Shown: positions 17,656-31,173, counted from the stretch's first letter. The stretch is DNA of 64,000 bases from Candidatus Woesebacteria bacterium (GCA_020060565.1 JAGVAE010000002.1:179255-243254); one strand, 5' to 3'. Notes: generated from the sequence alone by a model not told the origin. Translations and numbers: made by a program.

Positions 17656-18027
17656 ATGAAAATTTTAGGCATTGATTATGGAAGAAGCAAAATTGGATTA
17701 GCTATTGGAATTGGTTTATTTGCAGAGCCTTTTAAAGTAATCCGCGTGGATGGTTTTGAGGATGCAATTAAAAAAGTATTACAGGTATTACAAGTAGAAC
17801 AAGTAGATAAAGTGATTGTTGGAGTTTCTGAGGGCGAGATGGGGGCGGAATCAAAAAAGTTTGCGAAAGAAATTGGGGCAATAACTTTTGATGAAACCTT
17901 GACTTCCAAAGATGCTCAAAAGCTAAGTATTGAAGCTGGTATTTCGAGAAAGAAGCGTCACCAAATGGAGGATGCCTTTGCAGCCTCAATAACACTTCAG
18001 AATTATTTGGATTCTTTAGAGCCTTGA
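17656..18027 (+). CDS. ruvX: Putative pre-16S rRNA nuclease / Holliday-junction resolvase-like YqgF (RuvX)
   Basis: MKILGIDYGRSKIGLAIG … VIVGVSEGEMG … a C-terminal acidic motif; 123 aa. Confidence 0.85.
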   Translation: MKILGIDYGRSKIGLAIGIGLFAEPFKVIRVDGFEDAIKKVLQVLQVEQVDKVIVGVSEGEMGAESKKFAKEIGAITFDETLTSKDAQKLSIEAGISRKKRHQMEDAFAASITLQNYLDSLEP

Positions 18028-18058
18028 CGTGGGTTATTCTATGCTATACTTTAAATAG

Positions 18059-18259
18059 ATGTTTAAGAATGTAATTTCACCAATTCAGGCATGGCTACTT
18101 TCACAGGGACGATGTGTTGGTTGTGGAAAAGATTTGTCTATCGGTAAGAGTTCTAATCATAAATTTGGTAGCAAAAAAGTTGTTTGTCAATGTGGTCGTA
18201 TTTTCATTTATGACCCTAAGACAAAAAAGTATAGACGCGCGCTTCTTGAAGAAGTGTAA
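18059..18259 (+). CDS. Small zinc-ribbon protein (hypothetical)
   Basis: 66 aa with CVGCGK…CQCGR (C4). Confidence 0.45.
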   Translation: MFKNVISPIQAWLLSQGRCVGCGKDLSIGKSSNHKFGSKKVVCQCGRIFIYDPKTKKYRRALLEEV

Positions 18260-18267
18260 AAACCTCA

Positions 18268-19125
18268 ATGAAAAAGCTAGTATTACTACCCTTTTTATTT
18301 ATTATTGTTGGAGTCATTGTGTTTATTTGGTTTCTGAAAAACGTCGAACCAGTTTCTACTCAAATAAACTATGTTAATTTCAGAGTTATTTCTGGATCAA
18401 GTGCTACACAGATAGGTTCAAATTTATATAAAGAGGGCTTAATCAGAAATCCACTTGCTTTTAAAATCTATGTACAGTTTTCTGGAATTTCTGATAATAT
18501 ACAGGCTGGGGACTATAGACTCTCTTCAAGCTTTAATCTTTTTCAAATAGTTTCTCAATTATCCAAAAACCCTCTAGAAGTAAAAGTTACAATTCCAGAA
18601 GGTTTTAATAGAATAGAGATTGCAACCAAATTTGCAAAAAGTCTAGATCAGGGCCAATCGTTTATTGATATATTTTTAAACGAATCGGTGGGGGACGAAG
18701 GATATCTTTTTCCTGATACTTATCTTGTGTCCAATAATGCAACCCCAGGAGCTATTATTGCCAAGATGAAATCCAATTTTGACACTCGAACAGTGGGTAT
18801 GGAATTAACTCGTGATCAGGTTATATTAGCCTCAATTATTGAAAAAGAAACAAAAAGTGTAGAAGAAAGACCTATTGTTGCAGGCATACTCACCAATAGA
18901 TTAAAAGTGGGAATGGCCCTTCAGGTCGATGTTGCGCCAATTACATACAAAGAGAGGGGGTATCCGAAAGATCCTATTGCAAATCCAGGGTTGGTTTCAC
19001 TTAAAGCTGCAATAAGTCCTACCAAGACTGATTATTGGTATTATCTTCATGATCCATCTGGATTGATTCACTATGCTAAAACATTAGATGAGCAAAACAT
19101 AAACATTCAAAAATATTTACGATAA
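18268..19125 (+). CDS. mltG: Endolytic murein transglycosylase MltG (YceG family)
   Basis: An N-terminal TM segment, then VTIPEGFNRIEIA, LASIIEKETK and a YceG-like C-terminus. Confidence 0.85.
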   Translation: MKKLVLLPFLFIIVGVIVFIWFLKNVEPVSTQINYVNFRVISGSSATQIGSNLYKEGLIRNPLAFKIYVQFSGISDNIQAGDYRLSSSFNLFQIVSQLSKNPLEVKVTIPEGFNRIEIATKFAKSLDQGQSFIDIFLNESVGDEGYLFPDTYLVSNNATPGAIIAKMKSNFDTRTVGMELTRDQVILASIIEKETKSVEERPIVAGILTNRLKVGMALQVDVAPITYKERGYPKDPIANPGLVSLKAAISPTKTDYWYYLHDPSGLIHYAKTLDEQNINIQKYLR

Positions 19126-19132
19126 GTGATGC

Positions 19133-19160
19133 TTGACTTCCTGTCATTAAAATATATAAT
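19133..19160 (+). promoter_or_regulatory. Sigma70-like promoter for rpoBC (TTGACT - 16 nt - TATAAT)
   Basis: TTGACT at 19133-19138 and TATAAT at 19155-19160. Confidence 0.45.
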
Positions 19161-19170
19161 TCCCAGTTAG

Positions 19171-19221
19171 GCGTACAGATATAGGTACGCTCGTCCCGCT
19201 TCTATCTATGCGGGTTTTATT
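19171..19221 (+). terminator. rpoB leader hairpins; the second is a Rho-independent terminator-like attenuator
   Basis: First hairpin: GCGTAC(19171-19176)…GTACGC(19185-19190). Second hairpin: CCCGC(19195-19199)…GCGGG(19210-19214), followed by TTTTATT. They lie between the promoter and the rpoB ATG at 19238. Confidence 0.5.
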
Positions 19222-19237
19222 AGTGTTTTAAGCAAAA

Positions 19238-22200
19238 ATGACGCCAAAAACTAATCGTAAAAATTTTGGAAAGGATGAAAAAAATCTTCCTAAGATTGAT
19301 TTATCTGAAGTTCAAAGAGAAAGTTGGCAATGGTTTTTGAATCAAGGGATAGCGGAGGAATTAGTAGCAATTTCTCCTATCGACGATTTTACGGGTAAGA
19401 ATTGGCAACTTTGTCTTGGTGAACATTCTTTAGGACTTCCAACAATTACCCCCAGACAAGCTCAAATTAAAGGAATTACATACTCCCAACCGGTAAAAAT
19501 AAGAGCAACTCTTATAAACAAAAGAACAGGAAAAGAAGTGACACAAGACGTCTTTTTAGGAGATATTCCACAGATGACTTTTCGAGGTACCTTCATAGTT
19601 AATGGTATAGAACGGGCAGTCATTAATCAGATAGTACGCTCTCCTGGTGCTTATTTTTCAGGAGAACTTGATGCAGCTAGCGGCCGCGTCCTTTATGCAG
19701 CAGAAATCAGACCTCTTCATGGGAGCTGGTTGGAATTTGAAGTAACTAGAGGGGATCTTATTTATGCCAGAATTGACAGGAGAAGAAAAGTTTTAGCGAC
19801 GACTCTACTACGTGCACTAGGAGTTGAAACAGATCAAGATATTCAAAATGCTTTTGCGGAATTTGACAAAAATCCAGATCATAAATACATTGCAACCACT
19901 TTATCCAAAGATACAACTAAAAACAGAGAAGAAGCTGTAATTGAAATTTACAAAAAGATGAGACCAGGAGAACCTGCGGTTCTTGATAATGCAGAAACTC
20001 TGTTTGCAAGCCTGTTTACTGATGGGAGACGATATGATTTAGGTAAGGTTGGGAGGTTTAAAATAAACAAGAGACTTGGTCTTACTCTTGCTAATGAAAA
20101 AAGTAATTGGGTTTTAACCAAACAGGACGTTGTTGCTACTTTAGTTTATCTTATTGGTTTACAAAACGGTGTGGGTAAACTTGACGACATTGACCATTTA
20201 GCAAATAGGCGTTTGAGAAGAGTGGGGGAATTGGTTGCCGTAAATGCATTTAGGGTTGGACTTCTTAGGCTTGAGAGAAGTGTTAAAGAAAAAATGAGTC
20301 TAATATCACCTGACGACAAACCTCTTCCAGCTAATTTAATTAATGCGAGACCTTTAATAGCTTCTTTGAATGAATTTTTCCGTTCCAATCAACTTTCAAC
20401 AATTCTTGATGATACAAATCCTCTTTCTGAAGTTGACAATTTAAGACGTGTTTCTGTCCTTGGAACAGGTGGTATCAATAGAGAAAGAGCTTCATTCTCT
20501 ATTCGTGATGTTAATGCTTCTCAGTATTCCAGACTTGATCCAGTTAGAAGTCCTGAAGGACCAAATATTGGACTTGTCACCTATCTTGCTTTGTATGCAA
20601 AAGTAGACGAGTTTGGTTTTATACAAGCTCCTTACAGAAAAGTAGAAAAAGTTGGGAAGAAAGTCCGCATTACTGATGAGATTGTTTATTTAACAGCTGA
20701 CGACGAAGAAGATAGATATATTACTCATTCTGGAGTAAATATAGATAAAGATGGATATATAACTGATAAGCGTGTTCCTCTCAGACATATGGGTAAGTTT
20801 ATTGAAGGTTCAGCTAATTTAGTTGAATATATTGACGTTACTCCTCGCCAAGTGATAGGAGCTTCTGCCTCTCTAATTCCTTTCTTGGGAAATGATGAAG
20901 GAAATAGAGCCCTAATGGGAAGCAACATGCAATGTCAAGCTGTGCCTTTAGTTAATCCAGAATCTCCAGTTGTTGGAACAGGAATGGAAAGTATTATTTC
21001 TGAAGGAATGAAGCGTGTAATAAGAGCACGCAATGCGGGAGTAGTGGAGTTTGTTGATAGTAATATGATTATAGTTAAATTAGACAAAAGAACTGAAATA
21101 GACTCTGAAATAATAGAAGACGTTGAAATTATTGATGGTGGTAAGAAAGAGGTATATCTCTTAAGTAAATTTAAAAGAACGGCCCATTCAACCTGTTACA
21201 ATCAAATAGCTAGGGTGGTTCCTGGACAAAGAGTTGATGTTGGAGACCTTTTAATTGACGGTCCTGCTAGTCAAGGTGGAGAACTTGGTTTAGGACGTAA
21301 TATGGTTGTTGCCTATGCAAACTATGGAGGCTATGGTTTTGAAGATGCAATCTTAATATCTGATAAACTTGTAAGAGAAGATCTTTTGACCTCAATTCAT
21401 ATAGAAGAATATGACGCTGAGGTGGTAGATACCAAGCTTGGACCGGAAGAAATTACAAATGACATACCAAATGTTTCTGAAACAGAGCTCGCAAATTTAG
21501 ACAGTGATGGAATAGTCATGATTGGAGCTGAAGTTGGACCAAATGATATTTTGGTTGGTAAAATTGCTCCAAAAGGTGAAACTGAACTTACTTCAGAAGA
21601 AAGGTTACTACGTGCCATTTTTGGGGAAAAAGCCAGGGAAGTACGCGATACTTCCCTCCGTGTTCCACATGGAGAGCGCGGAATAGTAGTTGATGTTCAG
21701 ATTCTTGATCGTGACCGTGGAGATGAGCTTGGACCAGGAGTGATAAAGAAAGTTATAGTTCGTGTTGCTCAAATTAGAAAAATTACGGTTGGGGATAAAA
21801 TTGCAGGACGCCATGGAAACAAAGGAGTCGTTGCAAAAATTATGTCAGCATCCGACTTACCCTTTATGAGTGACGGAACTCCTGTTGATGTTGTTATTTC
21901 TCCACTTTCAGTTATCTCTCGTATGAATCTGGGCCAACTTATGGAAACCCACTTAGGTTGGGCACTAAGCACTAAAGGTGAAAAGGGAACACTTCCAGTA
22001 TTTGATCGAATCGATGCTGATGTTATTGCCGATGAACTTAAAAGTGCGAACTTGCCAGTAAATGGAAAAACAAGACTATATGATGGTAAGACTGGAGAAG
22101 CTTTTAAGGAGGATACTGTTGTTGGAGTTAGCTATATCTTGAAGCTAACCCACATGGTTGAGGATAAAACCCATGCTCGTTCAACGGGACCATATTCACT

Positions 22201-22603
22201 TGTTACACAGCAACCTTTAGGAGGAAAAGCCCAAATGGGAGGCCAAAGATTAGGAGAGATGGAGGTTTGGGCACTTGAGGCACATAGAGCATCCCATACC
22301 TTGCAAGAAATGCTTACAATCAAATCCGATGATGTTTTGGGACGCGCTAAAGCATTTGAAGCTATTGTTAAAGGTGTTGAGATTCCGGAATCTACAATTC
22401 CAGAATCATTCAAGGTATTAGTTCGTGAACTTAATTCGTTAGGACTATCAATAGAACCCAGAGGTGTAAGATTAGTTAAAGCAGATGAAACCGTTGAGGA
22501 TGGAGGATTAGAACTTGCAACAGCAATGGGAGCTGAAGTTGTTGCAACAAAAGAATTAATCGAAGATGAAAGCCCAATGGAAATTGAGGAGGTTGTAGCT
22601 TAG
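19238..22603 (+). CDS. rpoB: DNA-directed RNA polymerase subunit beta
   Basis: 1121 aa with canonical beta-subunit motifs (…GNRALMGSNMQRQAVPL…, …NLGQLMETHLGWA…). Confidence 0.97.
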   Translation: MTPKTNRKNFGKDEKNLPKIDLSEVQRESWQWFLNQGIAEELVAISPIDDFTGKNWQLCLGEHSLGLPTITPRQAQIKGITYSQPVKIRATLINKRTGKEVTQDVFLGDIPQMTFRGTFIVNGIERAVINQIVRSPGAYFSGELDAASGRVLYAAEIRPLHGSWLEFEVTRGDLIYARIDRRRKVLATTLLRALGVETDQDIQNAFAEFDKNPDHKYIATTLSKDTTKNREEAVIEIYKKMRPGEPAVLDNAETLFASLFTDGRRYDLGKVGRFKINKRLGLTLANEKSNWVLTKQDVVATLVYLIGLQNGVGKLDDIDHLANRRLRRVGELVAVNAFRVGLLRLERSVKEKMSLISPDDKPLPANLINARPLIASLNEFFRSNQLSTILDDTNPLSEVDNLRRVSVLGTGGINRERASFSIRDVNASQYSRLDPVRSPEGPNIGLVTYLALYAKVDEFGFIQAPYRKVEKVGKKVRITDEIVYLTADDEEDRYITHSGVNIDKDGYITDKRVPLRHMGKFIEGSANLVEYIDVTPRQVIGASASLIPFLGNDEGNRALMGSNMQCQAVPLVNPESPVVGTGMESIISEGMKRVIRARNAGVVEFVDSNMIIVKLDKRTEIDSEIIEDVEIIDGGKKEVYLLSKFKRTAHSTCYNQIARVVPGQRVDVGDLLIDGPASQGGELGLGRNMVVAYANYGGYGFEDAILISDKLVREDLLTSIHIEEYDAEVVDTKLGPEEITNDIPNVSETELANLDSDGIVMIGAEVGPNDILVGKIAPKGETELTSEERLLRAIFGEKAREVRDTSLRVPHGERGIVVDVQILDRDRGDELGPGVIKKVIVRVAQIRKITVGDKIAGRHGNKGVVAKIMSASDLPFMSDGTPVDVVISPLSVISRMNLGQLMETHLGWALSTKGEKGTLPVFDRIDADVIADELKSANLPVNGKTRLYDGKTGEAFKEDTVVGVSYILKLTHMVEDKTHARSTGPYSLVTQQPLGGKAQMGGQRLGEMEVWALEAHRASHTLQEMLTIKSDDVLGRAKAFEAIVKGVEIPESTIPESFKVLVRELNSLGLSIEPRGVRLVKADETVEDGGLELATAMGAEVVATKELIEDESPMEIEEVVA

Positions 22604-22614
22604 AATTCAATCCA

Positions 22615-25600
22615 ATGGATACACTTATATCAAACGATCTTAAAAACTTAGTTGATTTTACATCATTACTGGTCAAATTAGCTTCACCTGACGAAATCAG
22701 ATCTTGGAGTCGGGGTGAAGTAATTAAACCTGAAACTATAAATTATAGAACCCTTAAGCCCGAAAAAGACGGGCTTTTTGATGAAAGAATTTTTGGGCCC
22801 ACTAAAGACTGGGAATGTTACTGTGGAAAATATAAGAGAATTAGATATAAAGGAGTTGTTTGTGATAAATGCGGAGTTGAGGTTTGTCAATCAAGAGTTA
22901 GAAGAGAAAGAATGGGACATATTACACTTGCTTCTCCAACTGCACATGTTTGGTTTTTCAAAGGAGCTCCAAGTAGAATCTCACTTCTTTTGGGGGTTGC
23001 TCCTAGGGGGATTGAGCAGGTGGTTTATTTTGCCAGATACTTAGTGACAGATGTTGACGAAAATAAGAGAAAAGATTCAGTGGTGAATATTGAAAAAGCT
23101 AAAAATACTAGAATCGCAGAGATCACAGAAGATTTTAAATCACGCCGCGATGCACTCAAGATTGAAGAAAAAGAAGCTAAAGGAAAAATAGCCAACAAAA
23201 TTAAAGACAAAGAACAAGCCTCATTGGCCATATCTGAAATTGAATTGAATTTAAGGAAGAAAGAAGCTGCTATTAATGAAGAGGAAAAAGAAACAAATCT
23301 TAAAACAGAACAACTGTTTGAAAATCTAAAATCAGTGGTCAAAAGTCTTAAACCATTTAGCATTTTAAGTGAGGAAGAATTTGATGAGATCAACGAACAT
23401 GAGGCTACAGAATTTTTTACAGCTAAGATGGGAGCAGACGCAATCTTAACAGCAATTGAAAAGATAAATCTAGACGAGTTATCAAGGTCGGTTCGTGAAG
23501 AAATAGTTGGAATTAAAGGGGGAAGTTCAAAATATGTCAAACTGGTTAAAAGGTTGAAATTTATTGATGGATTAAAACGTGCCAAAATTAATCCTTCATG
23601 GATGGTTCTTAAGGTATTGCCAGTTCTTCCTCCAGATCTTCGTCCTATGGTACAACTTTCTGGTGGACGTTTTGCAACTAGCGATTTGAACGATTTATAT
23701 AGACGTGTAATAAATAGGAATAATCGTCTAAAACATTTAATTGGACTTGGGGCACCAGAAATAATTTTACGTAATGAAAAGAGAATGCTTCAAGAAGCGG
23801 TGGATTCATTAATCGATGCATCTCAACGTAAGGCAACAAGAAAAAGTAGGGGTAGACAACCTCTAAGATCTTTAAGTGATATGCTTCGTGGAAAACAAGG
23901 AAGATTTAGACAAAATCTTTTAGGTAAACGTGTTGATTATTCGGGGCGCTCTGTTATTATTGTCGGTCCTGAGCTAAAACTCTCTCAGTGTGGACTTCCA
24001 AAAGACATGGCTCTTGAAATGTTTAAACCGTTTGTTCTTCGTGAGATGATTACTCGTGGAATTGCTCCTAATGTCAAAAGTGCTAAAAATATGCTAGACA
24101 GAAGACCTCCTGAAGTTTTTGATATTTTGGAAGAAATTACAAAAGATCACCCGGTTCTACTTAATCGTGCTCCAACTTTGCATAAACTCTCAATTCAAGC
24201 ATTTTATCCAATTTTAATTGAAGGAAGCGCTATAAGGATTCATCCAGCAGTCTGCTCTGGATTCAATGCTGATTTTGATGGGGATCAAATGGCAGTACAT
24301 GTTCCACTTTCAGCCAAAGCTATCGAGGAGGCAAAGACTTTGATGCTTCCAGAAAATAATTTACTAAAACCAGCAGATGGTTCTCCTGTTGCAACTCCAT
24401 CAAGTAAAGAAATTGCACTTGGAGTCTACTATTTAACTAGTGAAGACATGAGACTTTCTATTTACGATACAATTTTTGCAGATAAAGAAGAAGCTATTTT
24501 TGCTAACCAGGCAGGAAAAATTGAGATTAGACAAAAAATTAAAGTAAGGATTAGTGGAGAAATCATTGATACTACAGTAGGGCGAATACTTTTGAATGAA
24601 GTTCTTCCTGAGAATTTTGACTTTGTAAATGAAGCGTTTACATCATCTGTTATAAAAAACCTTTTTGTTAAAGCATATTCGACAGTTTCCAAAGAGAGAG
24701 TTGTTCAGATGGTTGATGATATTAAAGACTTAGGATTTTATGGAGGCTCGATTTCTGGGATCTCCTTTGGAATATTTGATGCTAAAGTTTATCCGGGAAA
24801 AGCAAAAGTTTTAGCAGATGCGGATACAAAAGTTGCAGAAATTGAAGATAATTTTAATCAAGGGCTTATAACAGTTGAAGAGAAGAGACGTCTTACACAA
24901 GAGGTTTGGATTGAAGTCTCAGAAGATTTAGCTGATAAAACCTGGGATCTTCTTGAACCAACCAATCCTATTCGTGTGGTTATTGATGCCAAAGTTGGTA
25001 GAGCCTCTCGCGATCAAGTTAAACAACTTGCTGCTATCCGTGGACTAGTCGTTGACCCGCTTGGTAAGATTGTTGACCTTCCAATCAAAAGTAACTTTAG
25101 AGAAGGACTTTCAGTTTTTGAATATGTTACATCATCTCGTGGATCCAGAAAGGGCCTAACTGATACTGCTATTAAAACAGCTGATGCGGGTTACTTAACC
25201 CGTCGCTTGGTAGATGTTGCCCACGATGTTTTGATTCGTGAGGAAGATTGTGGAGCAAAAGAAGGCTATACTGTAAAGAAAGAAGTTCGGCCAAATACTT
25301 TTGCTGCAAGAATTTTTGGTAGATTTGCAGCTAAGGATATTGTCAGCAAAGATGGTAAAACCACGTATGTTCCCGCAGGAGAAATAATTGATGAGGTCAC
25401 CGCAAAGAAAATAGATGAAGCAGGGATAGTAGAAGTGGTAATAAGATCTCCTCTTACTTGTGAAGCTAGATATGGAATGTGTATGAAGTGTTATGGTTGG
25501 GATTTGGGAACCAAGAAAATGGTTGAAATTGGAATGCCTGTTGGAGTTGTTGCGGCCCAGTCAGTTGGAGAGCCGGGAACCCAGCTTACCTTAAAAACCA

Positions 25601-26343
25601 AACACGCGGCGGGAGCAGTTGGGGTGGTCGATGTCACCCAAGGATTACCTCGTGTTGAAGAATTAGTTGAGGCCAGAATTCCCAAAGTTGTTTCTGCATT
25701 AAGTGAGATTGCAGGAAAGGTTAAAGTGGTTGAAAGTGAACAGGGTTGGGTGGTCACAGTCACAACTAAAGGAACTCCTAAAGAAGAAAAAGAATATATT
25801 TTACCCAAAACTCTTGAGCTTTCAGTAGAGAATGGTCAACTTATTGATGCAGGAACTCCTCTCGCTAAAGGCCCATTAGACATAAAGGATATACTTTCTA
25901 TTAAAGGTCTTCGCGCAGCTCAGGAATATCTTGTTCACGAAATCCAAAAGGTTTATGAATCTCAGGGAATTCCAATAAATGATAAACACTTTGAGGTTAT
26001 AGTTAGAAAGATGAGTGATGAGGTCAGAATTGTTACCACTGGAGATACACCATTTCTCCCAGGAGAGTTAACCAGTAAAGCTATTTTTGAAGAAGAAAAT
26101 GAGAAAGTAATGGCAGCTGGGGGAGAACCTGCAAGTGCTCAACAGGTACTATTGGGTATTACAAGACGCGCCCTTTACACCGACAGTTGGTTATCAGCAG
26201 CCTCATTTGAACAGACTACCGACGTCTTAACGGAAGCATCTCTTTTGGGACGTGAGGATAAATTGGTAGGACTTAAAGAAAATGTTATTATTGGTCGTCT
26301 TATTCCGGTTTCGCCTGAGCGTGCAATGCTCCCCAATAATTAA
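22615..26343 (+). CDS. rpoC: DNA-directed RNA polymerase subunit beta'
   Basis: 1242 aa: a zinc-binding [37 protein letters not shown] and a trigger loop. Confidence 0.97.
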   Translation: MDTLISNDLKNLVDFTSLLVKLASPDEIRSWSRGEVIKPETINYRTLKPEKDGLFDERIFGPTKDWECYCGKYKRIRYKGVVCDKCGVEVCQSRVRRERMGHITLASPTAHVWFFKGAPSRISLLLGVAPRGIEQVVYFARYLVTDVDENKRKDSVVNIEKAKNTRIAEITEDFKSRRDALKIEEKEAKGKIANKIKDKEQASLAISEIELNLRKKEAAINEEEKETNLKTEQLFENLKSVVKSLKPFSILSEEEFDEINEHEATEFFTAKMGADAILTAIEKINLDELSRSVREEIVGIKGGSSKYVKLVKRLKFIDGLKRAKINPSWMVLKVLPVLPPDLRPMVQLSGGRFATSDLNDLYRRVINRNNRLKHLIGLGAPEIILRNEKRMLQEAVDSLIDASQRKATRKSRGRQPLRSLSDMLRGKQGRFRQNLLGKRVDYSGRSVIIVGPELKLSQCGLPKDMALEMFKPFVLREMITRGIAPNVKSAKNMLDRRPPEVFDILEEITKDHPVLLNRAPTLHKLSIQAFYPILIEGSAIRIHPAVCSGFNADFDGDQMAVHVPLSAKAIEEAKTLMLPENNLLKPADGSPVATPSSKEIALGVYYLTSEDMRLSIYDTIFADKEEAIFANQAGKIEIRQKIKVRISGEIIDTTVGRILLNEVLPENFDFVNEAFTSSVIKNLFVKAYSTVSKERVVQMVDDIKDLGFYGGSISGISFGIFDAKVYPGKAKVLADADTKVAEIEDNFNQGLITVEEKRRLTQEVWIEVSEDLADKTWDLLEPTNPIRVVIDAKVGRASRDQVKQLAAIRGLVVDPLGKIVDLPIKSNFREGLSVFEYVTSSRGSRKGLTDTAIKTADAGYLTRRLVDVAHDVLIREEDCGAKEGYTVKKEVRPNTFAARIFGRFAAKDIVSKDGKTTYVPAGEIIDEVTAKKIDEAGIVEVVIRSPLTCEARYGMCMKCYGWDLGTKKMVEIGMPVGVVAAQSVGEPGTQLTLKTKHAAGAVGVVDVTQGLPRVEELVEARIPKVVSALSEIAGKVKVVESEQGWVVTVTTKGTPKEEKEYILPKTLELSVENGQLIDAGTPLAKGPLDIKDILSIKGLRAAQEYLVHEIQKVYESQGIPINDKHFEVIVRKMSDEVRIVTTGDTPFLPGELTSKAIFEEENEKVMAAGGEPASAQQVLLGITRRALYTDSWLSAASFEQTTDVLTEASLLGREDKLVGLKENVIIGRLIPVSPERAMLPNN

Positions 26344-26344
26344 T

Positions 26345-26773
26345 ATGCCAACAATTAATCAATTAGTAAGAATTGGTAGAAAAAAAGTAGTTAAGAAAGA
26401 AAAGACAACTTCTCTTAAAAAGTGGTTTAACGCAATGGATCGTAAATTTAAAGTAACACCATCTTCTTTTAAGCGTGGGGTGGTATTGGCGGTTAAAACA
26501 ATGACTCCAAGAAAACCAAATTCAGCTCTTCGCAAGGTTGCTAGAGTACGCCTTTCAAATAAACAAGAGGTTACGGCTTACATTCCAGGAGAAGGGCATG
26601 AATTAGCAGAACATTCAATTGTTTTAGTAAGAGGGGGACGTGTCAAGGATTTGGGAGGAGTAAAATATCATATAGTTAGAGGTAAATTTGATACAACTGG
26701 GGTTTCAGGGCGCCAAAACAGTAGAAGTAAATATGGAGCAAAGAAACAGGCAATGACTAAAAAATCAACCTAA
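26345..26773 (+). CDS. rpsL: 30S ribosomal protein S12 (with a ~20-aa N-terminal insertion)
   Basis: [15 protein letters not shown]…[56 protein letters not shown]. The start ATG is at 26345; the ORF track's upstream extension overlaps rpoC. Confidence 0.9.
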   Translation: MPTINQLVRIGRKKVVKKEKTTSLKKWFNAMDRKFKVTPSSFKRGVVLAVKTMTPRKPNSALRKVARVRLSNKQEVTAYIPGEGHELAEHSIVLVRGGRVKDLGGVKYHIVRGKFDTTGVSGRQNSRSKYGAKKQAMTKKST

Positions 26774-26805
26774 TCGCTAATATCTAATTATTAATTACTA
26801 AATTT

Positions 26806-27285
26806 ATGGCAAGAAGAGGACAAGTTAAACCAAGAAAAATAGAAATAGATCCGATTTACAAAAGTGCACTCCTTACGAAGTTAATCAATAGGAGTATGAA
26901 GGATGGCAAAAAATCAGTAATTAGAAAAGAAATATATAGGGCACTTGAGATTATTAAAGAAAAAACCAATGAAGACCCAATTGCTGTTTTTGATAGGGCA
27001 ATGGAGAATATCAAACCCAACATGGAAGTTCGCCCCAGAAGAGTAGGGGGAGCAGCCTATCAAGTTCCTCAACAGGTAAGAGGAGAAAGGCGTGAATCAT
27101 TAGGAATTAGATGGTTGGTTGCTGCAGCTAACTCCAAATCAAATACAGAATTTCACACTTTTGCAGAGAAAATGGCAGCTGAAATTATGGATGCAGCCAA
27201 AGGTGAGGGAGTGTCAGTAAAGAAACGACAGGAAGTAGAAAAAATCGCAGAATCAAATAAAGCTTTTTCTCATTTTCGCTGGTAA
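26806..27285 (+). CDS. rpsG: 30S ribosomal protein S7
   Basis: MARRGQVKPRKIEIDPIYKS…GGAAYQVPQQV…. Confidence 0.95.
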   Translation: MARRGQVKPRKIEIDPIYKSALLTKLINRSMKDGKKSVIRKEIYRALEIIKEKTNEDPIAVFDRAMENIKPNMEVRPRRVGGAAYQVPQQVRGERRESLGIRWLVAAANSKSNTEFHTFAEKMAAEIMDAAKGEGVSVKKRQEVEKIAESNKAFSHFRW

Positions 27286-27325
27286 TTTCGGCATTTTTCA
27301 ACAGTCCATTTTTTAATTTTTCTCC

Positions 27326-27574
27326 ATGAATAAAGAAATTACTCCAGATATGAAATGGGCAACTCGTAAGTTGATAAAGAATGATTACCCTGAAAGATAT
27401 TGGGACTATTATTTAAAAGTAGCAGCGAAAGATTTATCTGGTATGCATGAGCAGATTGCGCTAGTGCTGATAGCTAAAGGTATATATCCCAGGCCAGTAG
27501 GTAAAGTTATTAAAAAACTTCAAAAAGAGGGTTTGGCTGACGGAGCAGGTATTGACTCGGCTAGGAACAGATAG
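27326..27574 (+). CDS. Hypothetical small protein inserted between rpsG and fusA
   Basis: 82-aa ORF with no recognisable family. It sits inside the otherwise universal str operon. Confidence 0.45.
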   Translation: MNKEITPDMKWATRKLIKNDYPERYWDYYLKVAAKDLSGMHEQIALVLIAKGIYPRPVGKVIKKLQKEGLADGAGIDSARNR

Positions 27575-27648
27575 AATTGTCCAATTGAATAACAGTCTCT
27601 ATCCTGTTAAAATCACTCTTGCTTCCTGAAAAAGGGAGTTTTTCTTGT

Positions 27649-27682
27649 CCTTTAGGATTTAGGAATTAGGGTTTAGAATTTA
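27649..27682 (+). repeat. Degenerate heptamer (TTTAGGR, telomere-like) tandem repeats
   Basis: CCTTTAGGATTTAGGAATTAGGGTTTAGAATTT lies just upstream of the fusA ATG. It is related to the repeat inside miaA at 60654-60716. Confidence 0.6.
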
Positions 27683-27689
27683 TTTATAT

Positions 27690-29858
<2,169 letters not shown>

Positions 29859-29875
29859 TAATTGACTATTAACTC

Positions 29876-29905
29876 TTGACAGGCTTATTTAGGCTCGAAT
29901 ATAAT
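29876..29905 (+). promoter_or_regulatory. Sigma70 consensus promoter upstream of tuf (TTGACA - 18 nt - TATAAT)
   Basis: TTGACA at 29876-29881 and TATAAT at 29900-29905. A second, extended -10 (TGgTATAAT) lies at 29954-29962. Confidence 0.45.
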
Positions 29906-29914
29906 ACACCTATT

Positions 29915-29941
29915 GAGGCAGAATTAAGCCTCTTGTTTTTT
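29915..29941 (+). terminator. Leader hairpin with U-tract (attenuator-like) between the tuf promoters
   Basis: GAGGC(29915-29919), loop AGAATTAA, GCCTC(29928-29932), then TTGTTTTTT. Confidence 0.4.
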
Positions 29942-29982
29942 GAAGGGCATATTTGGTATAATTACCTTTCAGGCAAAATAAA

Positions 29983-31173
29983 ATGGCAGACGCAAAACAA
30001 CATTTTGATAGAAGTAAGCCCCATGTAAATATTGGTACTGTTGGTCACGTTGACCACGGTAAAACCACTTTAACCTCAGCTATCACTATGGTTTTAGCTA
30101 AACAGGGACTTGCAACAGCTAAAAATTATGCAGATATTGATAGTGCTCCCGAGGAAAAAGAGCGTGGAGTTACAATCAATCTTTCTCATCAAGAATACGA
30201 AACAGCCAAACGTCATTATGCTCACATTGATGCTCCAGGTCATGCTGATTACATTAAAAACATGATTACTGGTGCAGCTCAAATGGATGGAGCAATTTTG
30301 GTTGTTTCTGCCGCAGACGGTCCCATGCCTCAAACTAGAGAGCACGTAATTCTCGCCCGTCAAGTTAATGTTCCCGCAATTGTAGTTTTCCTTAACAAAT
30401 GTGACATGGTTGATGATCCCGAACTTATTGATTTAGTTGAAGCAGACGTTCGTGAGCTTCTTAAGAAATATAAATATCCTGGAGATGAAGTCCCTGTAAT
30501 TAGGGGTTCAGCTCTTAAAGCAACTGAGGGTGATGCAGAAGCTGAAAAACAGATTCAGGCTTTAATGGATGCGGTGGATAGTTACATTCCTGATCCAGTT
30601 CGCGAGACCGACAAGCCATTCTTTATGGCAGTTGAAGATGTATTTACAATTCAAGGAAGAGGAACAGTTGTTACGGGAAGAGTCGATCGTGGAGTTATCA
30701 AAGTTAACGAAGAAATTGAGATAGTAGGAATTAAAGACACTCAAAAAACAGTTGTAACAGGACTTGAGATGTTCAGAAAGACTCTTGATGAAGCTCAAGC
30801 AGGAGACAATGTTGGAGTACTATTGCGCGGAATTGAAAAAGACCAGGTTGAACGTGGACAAGTTCTTGCTAAGTCAGGCTCAATTACTCCCCATACAGAG
30901 TTTGAAGCGGAAGTATATATTCTTTCAAAAGAAGAGGGTGGAAGACATACACCATTTTTTACAGGTTACAAGCCTCAGTTTTATATAAAAACAGCGGATA
31001 TTACGGGGGAGGCAACCCTTCCAGAGGGGATTGAAATGGTCATGCCTGGAGATAATGCAAAAATGAAAGTTAAGCTAATTCAACCCGTAGCACTTGAAGA
31101 TGGTATGAGATTTGCAGTCAGAGAAGGTGGCCACACAGTTGGAGCTGGAGTTGTCACCAAAGTAATAGCTTAA
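29983..31173 (+). CDS. tuf: Elongation factor Tu
   Basis: [23 protein letters not shown]; 396 aa. Confidence 0.97.
   Translation: MADAKQHFDRSKPHVNIGTVGHVDHGKTTLTSAITMVLAKQGLATAKNYADIDSAPEEKERGVTINLSHQEYETAKRHYAHIDAPGHADYIKNMITGAAQMDGAILVVSAADGPMPQTREHVILARQVNVPAIVVFLNKCDMVDDPELIDLVEADVRELLKKYKYPGDEVPVIRGSALKATEGDAEAEKQIQALMDAVDSYIPDPVRETDKPFFMAVEDVFTIQGRGTVVTGRVDRGVIKVNEEIEIVGIKDTQKTVVTGLEMFRKTLDEAQAGDNVGVLLRGIEKDQVERGQVLAKSGSITPHTEFEAEVYILSKEEGGRHTPFFTGYKPQFYIKTADITGEATLPEGIEMVMPGDNAKMKVKLIQPVALEDGMRFAVREGGHTVGAGVVTKVIA

Noticed and set aside
20146-26343. Numerous short minus-strand and alternative-frame ORFs inside rpoB and rpoC (for example 23025-23585, 25491-25808).
   Set aside because: Embedded in canonical RNAP subunit genes. 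Their translations are Ser/Leu-rich shadow frames.
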